Below are positions 1 to 13,400 of a DNA stretch of 64,000 nt, one piece after another; the first letter of the stretch is position 1; each line of letters opens with the position of its first letter. This DNA comes from Dipteris shenzhenensis (Eukaryota). The notes below the pieces were generated by a model. It saw nothing but the letters and a program-made list of their open reading frames with translations, ran no database searches and was not told where the DNA came from. The DNA lies in assembly GCA_047967505.1 (NCBI GenBank), contig CM106538.1, one strand, 5' to 3'. A program made the position numbers and the translations under genes.

Positions 1-393
1 AGGGCAACTAGATAGAGCCTATTGCTCTATGAGAATTGTTGATGAGATGCCTTGTGTTAAGAGTAGAGCTTTGACAATGCTCCCCTTCTCTGATCACAAA
101 CCCATCTTAATTGTCCTTGAAAAAGAAGATAGGGTCATTGGCTGCTCTTGGTTTAAAGCCAACCCTTTCTTTTTTCAACTCCCATATGTTAGGAATAATA
201 TTGTTAAAATCTGAAACAATGCTTTTGGTGGGACTGCCACTACAACAAATAAATGGATCAAAGCCACAGATAGGACAAGAGTATTTTTAAAAGCAGTAAA
301 ACATAGAGCTAATAAAGCCAGAACCCTTAGGACTCAAAAGCTCAAAGATCAATTGGCTCTCCTTGAGAGAGACAACAACGAATAGGGACAAAG

Positions 394-1746
394 GGAGGAT
401 TACCAAAAAGCGAGCGAGGAAAAGTGAGTAAACCAAAAAAAGCGAGCAAGAAAAAGTGAGCGAGCCAAAAAAAACAATCAAAACAAAACAATAATAGATT
501 GCCAAATCCTTATTATAGCAAGTGTCTAAGTTCTTCAAAAGTCCATGAGAGGGTTGGACTTATGTCATTGCCAAGGCATCATTAGTAAAGACGCACCCTA
601 TCTTTCCTCACTTTTACTCATTCAATTTTTTGTAATCCTCCATATTAATCAAGGTCTCTCTCTCCACCAACAAAAGTGAGATCATCAATGAAATCTTCCA
701 CACAAATCAAAAGTTTCATAAGACTTCTTGAATGGAATAGTCCACATTACATGCATGTGCAAATGCTTGGTTTTTGAAACTCTATTCACTCTTGGAACAA
801 AAGCCATGTTTTTCTGTTTGCCAAAAAACCCTCCCTAATGAATCACTCTTACATCCCACCAATCCAACAAAATCTAAAGAGTAAGTACATCCCTTTCTTT
901 AAATTGAATTCAATTCTAAAACAAATCAATCTTTCCTTATAGAAATCAATGGTAAAAGCCAAAATAGACAACATCTTGACATGGTTCCTATTAGGTAAAC
1001 TTTCCTCTAGATCCGATGCAAGAAATCGGCTAATTGTTTATTAAGTTCACATTTTGATGCATGAAGTTTTACTAAATGGTGGTCATAATAATCATCTAAA
1101 TCATGCCTTGCCATTCGTTTTGATATGTAACACGACCCCATTTAGATTTGTAAATCAAAAGATACAGGACGTCAAAATCCTCATCTTTTGGGCCGCAACG
1201 ATGAGGATTTCGACATCCTATATCTTTTGATTTACAAATCCAAATGGGGTCGTGTTACATATCAAAACGAATGGCAAGGCATGATTTAGATGATTATCAT
1301 GACCTTTTGCACCATTTAGTAAAACTTCATGCATCAAAATGTGAATTTAATGGAATTTTTGTCACTTTCTTGCACCAAATTTAGAGCAAGGCCACTCATA
1401 ATAGGAGCATGTTAGAACTCTATCTATATATTACGAGCGACAAAAATAATCAAAACGGTTTTCTATGCAAGTTCTTTTGATAAAAATATAGAGAACACTT
1501 TTACCAAGGTAGACTTTCAATAACATGTTATGATCATGTTCAAACACTATTACTAATGTGCACTTGCAATATTATGTTATACTTATGTTCATTGTTGAAG
1601 AAGCACTATAAATCTTTATTAATGATGAGTACATACATACAATGAGGTTATGTGTTGGTAGCCCAACCATTTCTACTTTGCTCGGTTTTTCTTGCTCGCT
1701 TATTTAGTTTTGCTCGCTCGACATCACTCGCTTGATTAACTGCGTC
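394..1746. mobile_element. Non-autonomous DNA transposon (hAT- or Mutator-like) inserted in the LINE
   Basis: 8-bp TSD GGACAAAG at 386-393 and 1747-1754. Clusters of GCGAGC motifs at the left end and GCTCGC motifs at the right end form imperfect subterminal inverted repeats. LINE-like coding sequence resumes after the insertion. Confidence 0.75.
1041..1350. repeat. Long near-perfect inverted repeat (hairpin) centred at ~1192
   Basis: ttcacattttgatgcatgaagttttactaaatggt pairs with accatttagtaaaacttcatgcatcaaaatgtgaa. Arms are ~145 bp, with a weaker extension to ~970-1420. Confidence 0.9.
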
Positions 1747-4700
1747 GGACAAAGACAGATGAGGACTATTAGAGAGAAACTTAGAGTAGAAGCAAAAATA
1801 GCAACTAACCAGGCCAAGATTTATATGCGTGAGAAGATTACAATGAACATATATGGATTACTTATTGGTACTCATTTGGCTGTCACACACACTTATATGT
1901 CTTTCACAATGAACACATATGGATTACTGTTGAGTACTTGTTTGGATGTGATCACCGTTCCCAAATGCCCATTTTCTTGGTTACTTCTGGATGTTCTTTA
2001 TAATCTCGGATGCTCGTCTTCCCGGTTGTTCAATACTTCCAGATGCAAAGAAGTTGTTATTTCATTCCCACTATGATTATGGAAGCTGTGTCTAATCCAA
2101 CAAACAAGGCCAATGATGATATGTTCAAAAGCTGAGAAAAAAGCATGCTAAAGAAACCTTAGAGTCTCTTCAATTTGAGAACAGACTCATCTAAGATCTG
2201 GGTGAAATCCTTGAGTGATCTCATAACACTGTAAACAGCTTTTAGGAGAGGAGGAGATCATCACAACAGAAAAGGCTAGAGCTTAAGGGAAATGCTCTAT
2301 AGTAAGAGAAAGAAAATTGCCACATTTGATAGCATCTATCTAGACATAGACCTCACTTTAGAGGAGCTGAAAGGAGCAATTGATCAAATGGGGAAGGGTA
2401 AGACACCTAGAGAAGGTGGGCTTCGTATAGAGTTCTATCAAGTCTTTTGGGGAATAGTAGGTCCTTATCTAATGATGTTATGGCAAGAGTCCAAAGTGAA
2501 AGGGTTTTTAGACCCAAGAATAAACACAGGCATGAGAAAACTCATACCTAAGGGTGGCCAAAAAGAGGATCTCAAGAACTAGAAACCTTTGATCATGCTG
2601 AATTGTAGCTATAAGACCTTTGCAAAGGCCTTAGCCATTAGACTTAAAATTAAGATGCAATGTTGTGGATAAGGGAGGATCAAAAAGGTTTTATTCAAGG
2701 AAGACATATCCTAGAAGCTATCCTCACTTTGTGGGAAGGTCTTGAACTAGCTGATGAAACACAGCAAGACATTTGCTTCCTCAAAATTGAGGAGAAGAGG
2801 AGTTTGTTGTCCCTAGCACACAAGATTTTGAGGCTTAGTTAGAGCAAGCAGAACATACCGCCATCCATTGAACTGGCTAATGAAACACAGTAGGACATTT
2901 GCTTCCTCAAAATTGACTTCGACAGAGCTTATGATAGAATGGAATGGGGCTTCATTTTGTCCTCCCTCAAGGACATGGCAACTAGCCTTGCTGGCTTTAG
3001 CTCCTATGTAGAAATACTTATGTGTTAAGCTAGAAGTAAAGTCGAGGTTAATGGGGCAGAACATTGCAACCCTTTGGGCTCAAATGATCAATCAAACAAG
3101 GATGCCTGCTAGCTCCTCTACTCTTTGCTATAGCTGCGGATGCACTAGGATGGCTGGTAAAGGATGAGCTGGATAGAGGTAACATAAAGGGAATATAGGT
3201 GGAAGGGGACAGACAAATTATGTGCCAGCAATTTGCAGATGACACAAATCTAACTCCACATAATGATGAAGAGTCAGTAAGAGCTACTTTGGAGTGTCTA
3301 AACACTTTTTGTCTGGCCTCTGGGTCCAAAGTTAACCATGATAGATCATGGATTTTTGGCAGTAGGAGCCCTCCTCCTATTTTTCTCTCTAACAAGGGCT
3401 GTAAAGAGATCAAAAAAGGAGAGGTATTTAGACTCCTGGGAATACCTATGGGCTTCAGTTTTTCAATGCAGGACATATGGGATTGGGTCCTCGATCGGGT
3501 CAAAAGCAAGGTGAATAGATGGCAAGGGCTTCAGCCAACACTAGCAAGAAGAAAATTTGTCCTTAACTACGACATTTATTTGTCCATCATTTACTTCATT
3601 TCACATTGGTACCCAACAAAGAAATTCCTTAGACAACTCAGCAATCTATTTAGATCTTTCCTGTGGGGAGGAGATGCTATCAATCACAAGGTTCCTAAAG
3701 TCAAATGGCAGACCTGCACAATGCCAAAGATAGTAGCAGGTCTTGGTATTGTAGATGTGGAGAAATATGCGGCCAAGTTCATGGCTCAATGGATCCTCAA
3801 GGCTATGCAGAATCTAGAAAATATTTGGGCATACTGAATTCTCAAAAATGTCAAAAAAGTCAAGGTAGACAGATGCAAACATTGGAAGCACTTCCCTTAA
3901 GGGTCATCCATCTATGGCAAGGAAGTCTATATAGCCAAAGGATCAGACTTATGGAAAGGTATGTGGATAGCTTGGGAATCCTTGAGACCCTTTTTAATTT
4001 GGAAAGGATTCTCTAGGAAAATGGGTACCTTTTCTTCCAAAGACTCAATTTGGTTCTCAGCTATATGGACAAATGCTCCTCTACGAGATGGTGAAAGTAA
4101 GAATGCTTTGCACCTCAACAAAAAAGTTATTTGTGTTTGGGGAGATATTTGGGATAGAGAGAAAAGAAAATGGATAAATAATGATACTCTAAGAATCAGA
4201 TTTAAACTCAACAGATTTGACTTAGAGCTACTCTCTAAGAGACACGCCCTTTGGAATAGAGAAGCCATCTTGTGGATGGGGGGAAGGGCCTCCTCCTTCT
4301 ACTAGAGAATTTAGATGGGTAGGGTAGACAAAACTTTTTCATGTCCCCATTCTTGTGGAAGGTTAAGACGAGCTGAAAGATCAATTAAATTAGAAGTGGC
4401 AAAAAAAAGACACTGAAAGGACTTGGGTATAGAGGTTTGAGAGAGTTTGGGATAGAAATCTTCCAGAGAAACATGCCTGCCTTCTATGGCTCATCCTTCA
4501 CAAAGGGGTTTAGACTGCTAAACGGGCACTAAAAATTCGGCAGGGAGGGGTTATGCCAAAGATGCTACAGAACTTAGAAAGACATTCCCCACTTGTTCCT
4601 AAATTGCAAATTCTCAAGAGATGTTTGGGAGACTGTGCACAAAATCTTTGCTTTTTTCCTAGTTAATTATATGTTTTTGTTTTTGGGAGACATGCTGAAT

Positions 4701-7700
4701 AGTGCTCCGGCGAATTGGAATTCCATGCGCAGCTTGCTATTATGGTCTCTATGGTTGTACAGATGCTCTAAGGTTTTTAACAATGTGCAGGTTGATACTA
4801 ATGAAATTGTGATGAATTTATGGATGACCACAAGAAAGAGGAGCAAATCTTGAGTAGATCTCCTATCTATAGCAAAAAATCCAAGAATGTTGCAAGAAGG
4901 ACGAGCAATTCATGAGAAAAGAGACCGACCTCTTGGCTCAGATGCAAAAATAGGTTGGAAAAGATGCTATTCCTTCATAAGCTAGATCTTAGCTGATACT
5001 TACACCCAGTCAAACAACCCTGCACGCCAAGGAGCCTATGCCTCCTGTGCCCACTTTGTCCTTCCCCGTGCCCCCTATGCCTGCTTCTTCACCTCCTCAT
5101 GCATCTCCCCTCTTGTCATCATCTGCCTATACTGCTTCGGCATCCCCTCAACTTTCCCCTACACATGCTACACCCTCTCTACTTTTGTCTCCTGTGGTGC
5201 CCCCTCCTCTTATGGTGTATAAGAAGCCTATCTCAAGAAATGACTTGGCATGTGTTAGTGTTAAAGTTCGCAATGAAATCACACCAAATGACTTCTAGCC
5301 TCCCACTCCAAACCAAAAGCCAAAGTCAGAAAGTCATGCCCCTACCCTCGAATCCCAGGTACAATCATTCTTTGAGTGGTGGCACATGTGGTCCCCAAAG
5401 AAGAGCCATAGGACACTACTAGATAGTGGAGATGGAGTTTTCCCATTTTTTGTTACTGATGGTTCAGCTAAACAAGTCCCGATTTTGAAGTCTTAGGGAC
5501 TTTTTGGAATTTGTATATATTTGACTCTTTCATATTAATATAAACCCACATTTTCAATAAAATAAAAATAAAATAAAACATATATGAGGATGCAAGAATA
5601 GATGATGGTCCATTTAACTATACAACCATAGGACCAAATAATAGCTAAGAATCTGATTCCTAGCTCATTTGGGTCTTTGAGGCCATTCTTCATTGCTTTA
5701 AAAAAATTGTAAGTATATCATCAAATATCGCATTTGAAAATATTTTTTTAGTTAAATCTAAGGGGTGTCTAATGTTTCTTTTATTTGTGATATAGAAAAT
5801 AAGAGAAAAATCCATTAGCTTGGACGTCCCTTGTTTTTTTGGCTCATAATGAAGGGGCAAAACTTGAGAAAAGAGAAGATATCGTATACAAAATATAGAA
5901 TGACATGAGAATATTCAAAGCTCTCCGATCCGTTACAAGCTAGTTATTAGAATGTCTATTGTTGCAATATGAGAAATTTAAATTTACAGTAGCTAATATC
6001 CCCAAATGTGGCTACAAGCTAGCCATTGCTGATATTCCCTAAACTCAAGGGAAGTGTAAATTATGTTTCCCTTAGACAATTAACTCAATGCCATGGTGTT
6101 TACTTTCAAGGTGCACAACCTATCTCTTGTATGGAGCTTTATTATGTTTCATTCCATTTAATACGGAGGCTCCACACTTGAGGTGGCACAAAATAAATAA
6201 GGTGGGGGGAAAGAGTTGTCCATGAGATTCTTGGTGGGTGTAAGTGCCTCACGCAGCAAATGCAGCTCCCCAAAAAAAACTTATGCAACATCTATTGTGC
6301 AAAAGCTTTGATGGACCATACCCAATCACTTGAGAATGTGATGTGGTAAGTTTTCTATAACTTAATCAATCATTCATAATGTATGATTGATATTATTGCA
6401 AGACTTTTGAATATATTATAATTGTCCTTTATATTGATTTGGTTGATAGATTAAAGATTGATTTGAAGCATGTAGTAGAAAATAAGATGATACATGTAAT
6501 TGAGATGTTGACCATGGGCTACTTCTCTAAAAGAGAGAAGAGCAAAATCCTTATCCATTGTGCTTGCAAAACATCAATAATGTTTTTCATTTCCTTGCTA
6601 TGACCCGGAAGTTGTGGTACACTAATAGTAATAAGTCCATCATCAACCCATATCAGAAGTTGTAACATTTAATCAATGACCTTTTTGATATTTTTAAAGT
6701 ACAAGATGATTGGATATGTGCTTTTTTTGTTGGAACAAGAACGATCACTATGTGTGCACTACATTAGCATAAAAGTTGTGTGGCATTTGAGAAAGACCCT
6801 TTGCAAGCAACATTTATCATGCAATGGGGATGTGCCATAAACGATCTTCCTAATGCTGATTAAGAAGTTGGTGCAAAAAAATATAGTCATAAGAGTGTTG
6901 GTGTGTGATTGGATTCCAAAGAGCCCCAGCCTGTATGTAAGGATGAAAAATCCAAGTTGGTAGAGTTTTTTGAAGAGGTTAGAAGAGATAATAGCTAAAG
7001 AGTTCACCCCTTCAAAGACACAAGAAAACGGTGAAGGAATTGCTGAGAAATGCACTGAGAATGGGCAAATTTTAGATTTATAGGATTTGCAAAACATTTT
7101 TTAATGTGATGACTATATTTATTTTATCAATATTGATTCTTGTTTCTTCTTTCAAATTTAATTGCAATGAAGTTTTTATACTAATTCTTGATTTAATTAT
7201 ATATATTTTTTGTCTATAATAATTTACTAATTATTACAAAAAAATTTAAAATAATTTTCAAATAATGAATTAGATTTTCATATATTAATATTTAATTGAT
7301 TAAGATATTATTAATTAAAGTAAGCTCTAGTTTCATTCTTTCATGTGTCATTATAAATTAAAATTTATATAGTTATTAATTGATTATTTTGTAAAATTTA
7401 TTCTTAAGAATATAAAAAAAGAATTAAAATATCTATCCATTAATGTATTGAGTGAGTGATCTTAAATATATTTTATTATGTACTTTGAAAAATTATAACT
7501 AATAATATAAATGTGTTATCTTTTGTTATCTTTAGGCATTCATCTCATCTTTTTTATATCACTTCTCAGAAATGAGTGGTGGAAGGTTTCCTATTTTAAA
7601 TGGATAACATGGTTTGATATATTTGGAACCCTTAAATGTATAACATGGTTTTATACATTTAAAGTGGTGGAAGCGTTCTAAATCTAAAGTGTGTAAAGTA

Positions 7701-8454
7701 TGTAAAGTACACCCCCTTTATTTTTAGCCTTTCTTTCAACTTGAAAGTGTCATTGACTATCCCACATATAATATTTCTTTTTTGTCCATATGTCCAAATA
7801 TAATTTTGGATTTTCTTTTGATGCTCATAAGGGGAACAAACACATGGGAGTGTCATCAATGCAACCTTACAAGAGAACCACATATAAAAGCTTATGTTTT
7901 ATATATTTGATGTGAAAACATGAGATTTTAAAAAGCTAAAATAAAGTAATATACTCTCAACTACCTCTTAGTATCGTTCAGTTTATAGGAGGAAAAAGGG
8001 ATTAAAGCAATGGACTATAAATTCAACGAAGTCAACTTGGAAACATTTAGTGCTTCTCGTCTCAAGAGAGTCTTCTCTTCATAGTATTTTATTATGTAAT
8101 TATTGTTGCCATTTGGTATGACATTATCTACACCTAGGAGCATTTGACTCTAGATTCTAAAGTGACCATCAAAAGGTGGGAGTGTTTCTACAAGGCATGG
8201 CTTGTAGGCACTTTTAATGTACTCACCTCAAGAGGTATTTGCTAGATGTATAGTCCCTATATAGTCTACCACCTTGGTTGGCTGGCCCTTATTCCAAAGA
8301 CTCCCTAGGTTGTGAGCTGGGTTCTCTAGAAACAAGCTGGTTTCATTCTGGCAACTAAGTCCTGTCTTGTTCTTCCCATGGTTAGCACCATTTGGTTTTG
8401 TTGATTAGTATGGTTGGTTTTTCAAGAATTGATAGAAGTTCCTTTTCTTGCAGA

Positions 8455-8760
8455 AAAAATAGATATGCCAATTAGCAATGTGCTAATAAAATACCTACTA
8501 AAAATAGATTTACTAACAAGACTATGCTAATAACTCAAATGTGTTGATAATAGGTGTGCTAATATAGATGTGCTAACATATGATATTAACCCAGATGTGC
8601 TAAATAATAGATGTACTAGTACTATAGATGTGCTAATAATAGATATGCTAATAATAGGTGTGCTAAACTACATATGTGCTAATAATAGTGTACTAAATAA
8701 CAAATGCACTGATATTGTAAATGTGCTAACAACATAGGAGCTAATAACATAGACTGTGAA
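8455..8760. repeat. Degenerate minisatellite, unit ~ TAGATGTGCTAATAA
   Basis: More than ten imperfect copies of tgtgctaa(t/c)a. Confidence 0.75.
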
Positions 8761-10409
8761 CTTAAGAAATTCAAATTTAGAAGATTTTTCTTACTAAACA
8801 GCTCCTTGCCAAGACTATATGTTGCTATAGATTGCACCCAACTTTGCAAAGCCTTCATGGTATCACCGATCACATGCACACCAACCAAAGCCTTCACAAT
8901 ATCATCAATCATGTGGTTGCATTTAGCAGACTTGCATGCTAACCCTATGCTGTAGGTTGTGGCAAATCATAGTGGATGATAACTATGCTTGCATGGCAAG
9001 TGACCAACATCACAACATTTTCATGTTGAAGTGTCGTGCCACAACTTGCACACTAGACCGAGATAGTGATTGTCCCCTTTTCTTCATGTTATGCAAGAGG
9101 TGGGGGTGGCACAAATAGAGGTGCATGCTCGCCTTGTTGCTCCAACAAGCACTTTGATTTCAACTCCATTGCAACTTTTAAAAAAAAACACAACATGGAT
9201 CAACTACACTCTTTAATTTCTCCTCTGCATAAGGACCACCAACAAGCATAAAATTCATCATTTCCTTGTTTCTTTCACCATGCCTTCTAGATTGCTAAGT
9301 ATACATGGGGTTTCCTGAACTTGGCTCTTCTTACTATCACAAGAATATCATCTTTCAAAGATTCATCATCTATGGTCCCTTCCTTGACATGTATCCTATG
9401 CGTCATAGATGTTCATTGGTTGTTTAGCCCCACTTCATGAGGTGGCTATCAAAATAGCCACTCTTCTCTAACTCTTCAATGTGCTACTCTACAGAAATTG
9501 CCTATGCAAACATGATGGATTTGTCTTGCTCGATCATCAGTGGGATGACCTACTTTGCATATGCCCAAGTGAGGAACACAATTACCTCCATGTTAGTAGG
9601 GCACCAATTTTGTAGGCTTTACTACGGGAAATCATGAAATCTCTACATACTTCAAGACATACATCCTACACTTTATTCTAGTTATTTTAAAATACCAAGC
9701 CATTCCCTCTCTAATAGCTCTGTATCTTTCAAGCACTAGTTATTTTAAAAATACCAAGACACTCCCTCTCTGATAGCTCTATAGCTGTCAAGCACTTAGG
9801 ATCAGCTCCTATCAAGCTGAGGCCATATTTTACATGGAGCTACCCCTTCTTAGACACAACATGGACTGCTTTGGACACTCCACTTTTCGAGTTTTGCATC
9901 AATCTACACATTTATAGAAGGATAAATGTTGAAAGCATAGATATGGGTGAATAGCTAGAGAGAAAATGGGTGAGGGTAAAAGGTGAAAGGAGGTTAATGT
10001 GCTACACTTTTAATGCTAGTTAGCATGTGTATGATGACTTTTGAATTCCATTATTTATTCCATGATATAGGCACCAAGGCTCATGTAAGTCCTTTTTGAG
10101 GTGTATTCATGTGAAAAAAAGATAAAAAGCACAAATAATCACAAAGATAAGAACTCTTTCCTTGTGACTCTAGTAGAAAAAGTTACTACTACTTGTTAGT
10201 AGTGCCTTTTCAAGGCTGAACAAATTTCTCATTTGAAAGAAAAACAAATGGTTGTAATGAAAACTGATAGTAGATAAATGGTTAACTTAGTCATAGCATT
10301 CCTTTTGATCAAAGGCTTGGTAGGATCACTTTGAGTGACAAGATTCCACTAGTGTGATTGAGAGAGGCTGCACATAGTAACTGTTATAGAGATGTGCCTT
10401 ATGTGTCAC

Positions 10410-13400
10410 TTTTTTTTTCCAAATAAAGTAACCTTCTATTAATGCTTGAAAACAACAACCCCAAACGTGCTGAGTATGGAAGAAACTGATAAAGGTTCAA
10501 ATAAAAAACTAGCACATTCCAAAGAAACCCAAGTCATTGATTAGGGGATCTCTAGTACAAGGGCTAACAGCTAAGTGGGGGGACTATACAGCCACCAAAT
10601 CCCTTGCAGAGTGTATGTGTAGAAAACTCATGTAGGCCAAGTCTTGCAAAAACTTGCACACCTCGCAACAATCACCCTAGAGTAGCGTGGGGTCTCGTGC
10701 TCCCAGGTGGAGCATAGGGTGTAAATAATATCCTACTAGATGGTGACCAAGGTAGTTGAGGGTGGAACTAGATGCTCACCCATCACTTGACTATAGCGAG
10801 CAACCCAAATGTTCCACACTGTGACACTAGCTACTACCTCCCGCATGCTATCCTCTGGAGGGGAATGAGGATCTAGGCTAGTAGGAGGAACCTACTTGTC
10901 GAGCTCTATCCTTTGAATGCTCGAACCTTGTATTTGGCAAGTTGAAGAGAACTAATTAATCTAGAACACATGTCCTCCCTCAATCAACCAAGCCACCATC
11001 CCCCAAGTGTAGTCCCTCTAAAGGCTCTACATGCAGGTCAAAATCTTGAGGTCTCCCATCCAAATCCTCACTACACTACGACAGCTCCAAATGTAGTGGA
11101 GGATCGTCTCAAGAACTCTAGCAGAGCAGTAGTGACACTGCCCTCCACACATCTGTTCTAGCCAAGGGCCTATGGGAAAGCCTCCATGGGTGGCCAGCCA
11201 GAAGAAGTAGGAGATCTAAATTGGCCACAAATCAGACCAAAGGTGAGTCCAAAACCTGGAATGGCACCTCCAAGGGCACCCTTTGGGCCCCCCAATGCCT
11301 CTCCCTTGAAGGGGTCTATGTTGAAGTGTCCATCTAGAGCCTCCTGCCAATTTGAGTGGTATAAGAAAAGAAGGGCACCTCATCCACCCGCTTTGTGACA
11401 TCGACCCTAGAAGGCCAAAACTACTCTTCAAGATCCCACTAGACCTCTCTTAGGGGCCCACCTTCCCAAAGCCAAAGGTGCCATCTAGGGGCATCCTAAT
11501 CTAGAATTCTAGGGGGATCAATGTGCCACTTCTTTCCTAAGCGGCCCACAACTCTGATCATCTGCCAATAAATCCCATCTAGACTCCCATCCATCTCTAG
11601 GTCTCTCTCCCGTCTCTCTTAATGAGTGCTTGAAGCAAGCCTCCATGCCCTATGTGAAGAAACAGAGTTGATTGAGGCCTGACTGGATCATCATTATGAA
11701 GGGGAACCCAGTATGAGAAAACTGGCCCAACCAAATATTGTCCATCCACGTGCAAAATCCCTCCAACCAAGACTCAAGGATTGTGAGGTCGATCTCCCTC
11801 ATGCATTCCCTTCCCCTCGCATATGCGCTAGGGCTCCAAGCCTTGCCTCTACCTCCAAGAGTAATCTAATCCATTTGCCAAAGGAGCAAGCCGGGCCATT
11901 GTCCCATTGTGCCCATCCAATGTGAGTCCATTGTCCCAGCATATGTGCATCCTGATCTCTAATCTTCGAGTGCCACATGATGGGATGTCACTTGAACTCT
12001 TCCCTACAATGGGGTTGAGCATGGATGAGGCCACCTAATAATCTCTATCATACCCTATGTAGGCTCCTTGTCATGGGGGAATGCTTCCCCATAAGAGGGG
12101 CCTCTAAGAAGATCCATCCGTGTGATTACTGCCACTACACCCCTATGCATGGGATGTTCTTGAGAAGCCCTCGTTGTAAGAGGAGCTTCCAGGGCTCTAC
12201 ACTAGGGGTGAGGCCATACACAACCATCTTGCCCAAGATGGCTCTTCTCTACATCTCCATATCAATGATACCCAAGCCTCCCAATGCTTGTGGTGGCATG
12301 ATCACCGTCTACCAAGCGACCCGGGCTCTGGTATTCCTTGTGTCATCTGATCCTACCCAAAGGACATTCCAAACCAAACATCAGAGCCATCCAATGCACC
12401 CTTTGTGAAAACACCAACATGACACAATGTACCAGTGTGTGGTGAGAAGGACCTAGTTTGGCACTAAGGCATGGACCGCTATGGAGAGATTGGTCAAGCT
12501 CTAGTAGAGAAGCTTGCTCTTGATGATGAGGCGATCTGTTGCCCTACTATAATATTAATACCCACCTAGCATCCAAGGTATCTTGTTGTCTGGCCCCGTG
12601 GTATCTAGCAAAAGCCAAAGGCACTCCCCCACTCTCAGAACTCCTGTGTCTTGTCAAAACCTGTGAAGAAACTGATGGACTTTTTCCAGTTGATCCGTGC
12701 ACACCTCGAGGCCTTGCAATAGTTAGCTAGGGTTCCCCTAATTCTCTCCAAGCTTGCTATAATGCTCTATGTATAAGGCTGTGTCATTTGCAAAATCTGA
12801 GTCTAGTAAGTCCTCCTCTTGTCTGATTGGGAGCCTCAACCTTGTGAGGCCCACCACTTGTGATCTCAAGTAGTAGCCCAATGCCTCCACCACCCAAAGG
12901 AAAAGAAAGGGAGCTAGGGGATGGCCCTAATGGACTAAGTGAGAGAGAGGAAAGGCCTCACTCATGTGTCCACCGACAAGCATTTGACTAGAGCTCCCCA
13001 CATAAAATGCAGAAACTCCTCTAATCCATCTATCTAAGAAACCCAACTTCTACATAGTGCCCTCTAGGAAAGACCACTCCATCCTGTCATAAGCCTTCAC
13101 AAAATCCAAGAGGATGATTGCCAAAGGCTATAACTCCTCCCTTCCTAGAATGTGAAAATGTTTTCCAAGATGCTACACTCTTGAATAAAGCTGGTCTATG
13201 TGTCATGGATGATGTGGGTGAGATAAGGCCACAACCACAACCGCAAGACCTTAGCGAGGATCTTGTGTGTGGTGTCAAGAAGGGTGATTGACCTCCATTG
13301 CTGAATGTCTTCCCTATTTCCCCTTTGGTATCAAAAAAATCCACCCCCTACTCAAGGACTAAGGAAGGGAGCATGTCCTAGTAGGATAAGTAGAAAGGGG

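Larger units (their letters stand above)
1..5578 (+). mobile_element. Decayed L1-like LINE (ORF2: endonuclease tail, RT, C-terminal zf-RVT-like region, A-rich tail), interrupted by insertions
   Basis: ORF fragments give SDHKPI (APE end, 29-214), KTPREGGLRIEFYQVFW, QKGFIQGRHI, IKQGCLLAPLLF, QFADDT and FRLLGIP. An A-rich tail lies at ~5556-5578. Many stops and frameshifts. Confidence 0.9.

Noticed and set aside
5700-7100. Possible decayed MULE-like transposase
   Set aside because: No motif could be reconstructed with confidence.
8936-9118. Loose resemblance to the hAT transposase VQIITDN...C.AH.LD motif
   Set aside because: The similarity is too weak and neighbouring sequence does not support it.
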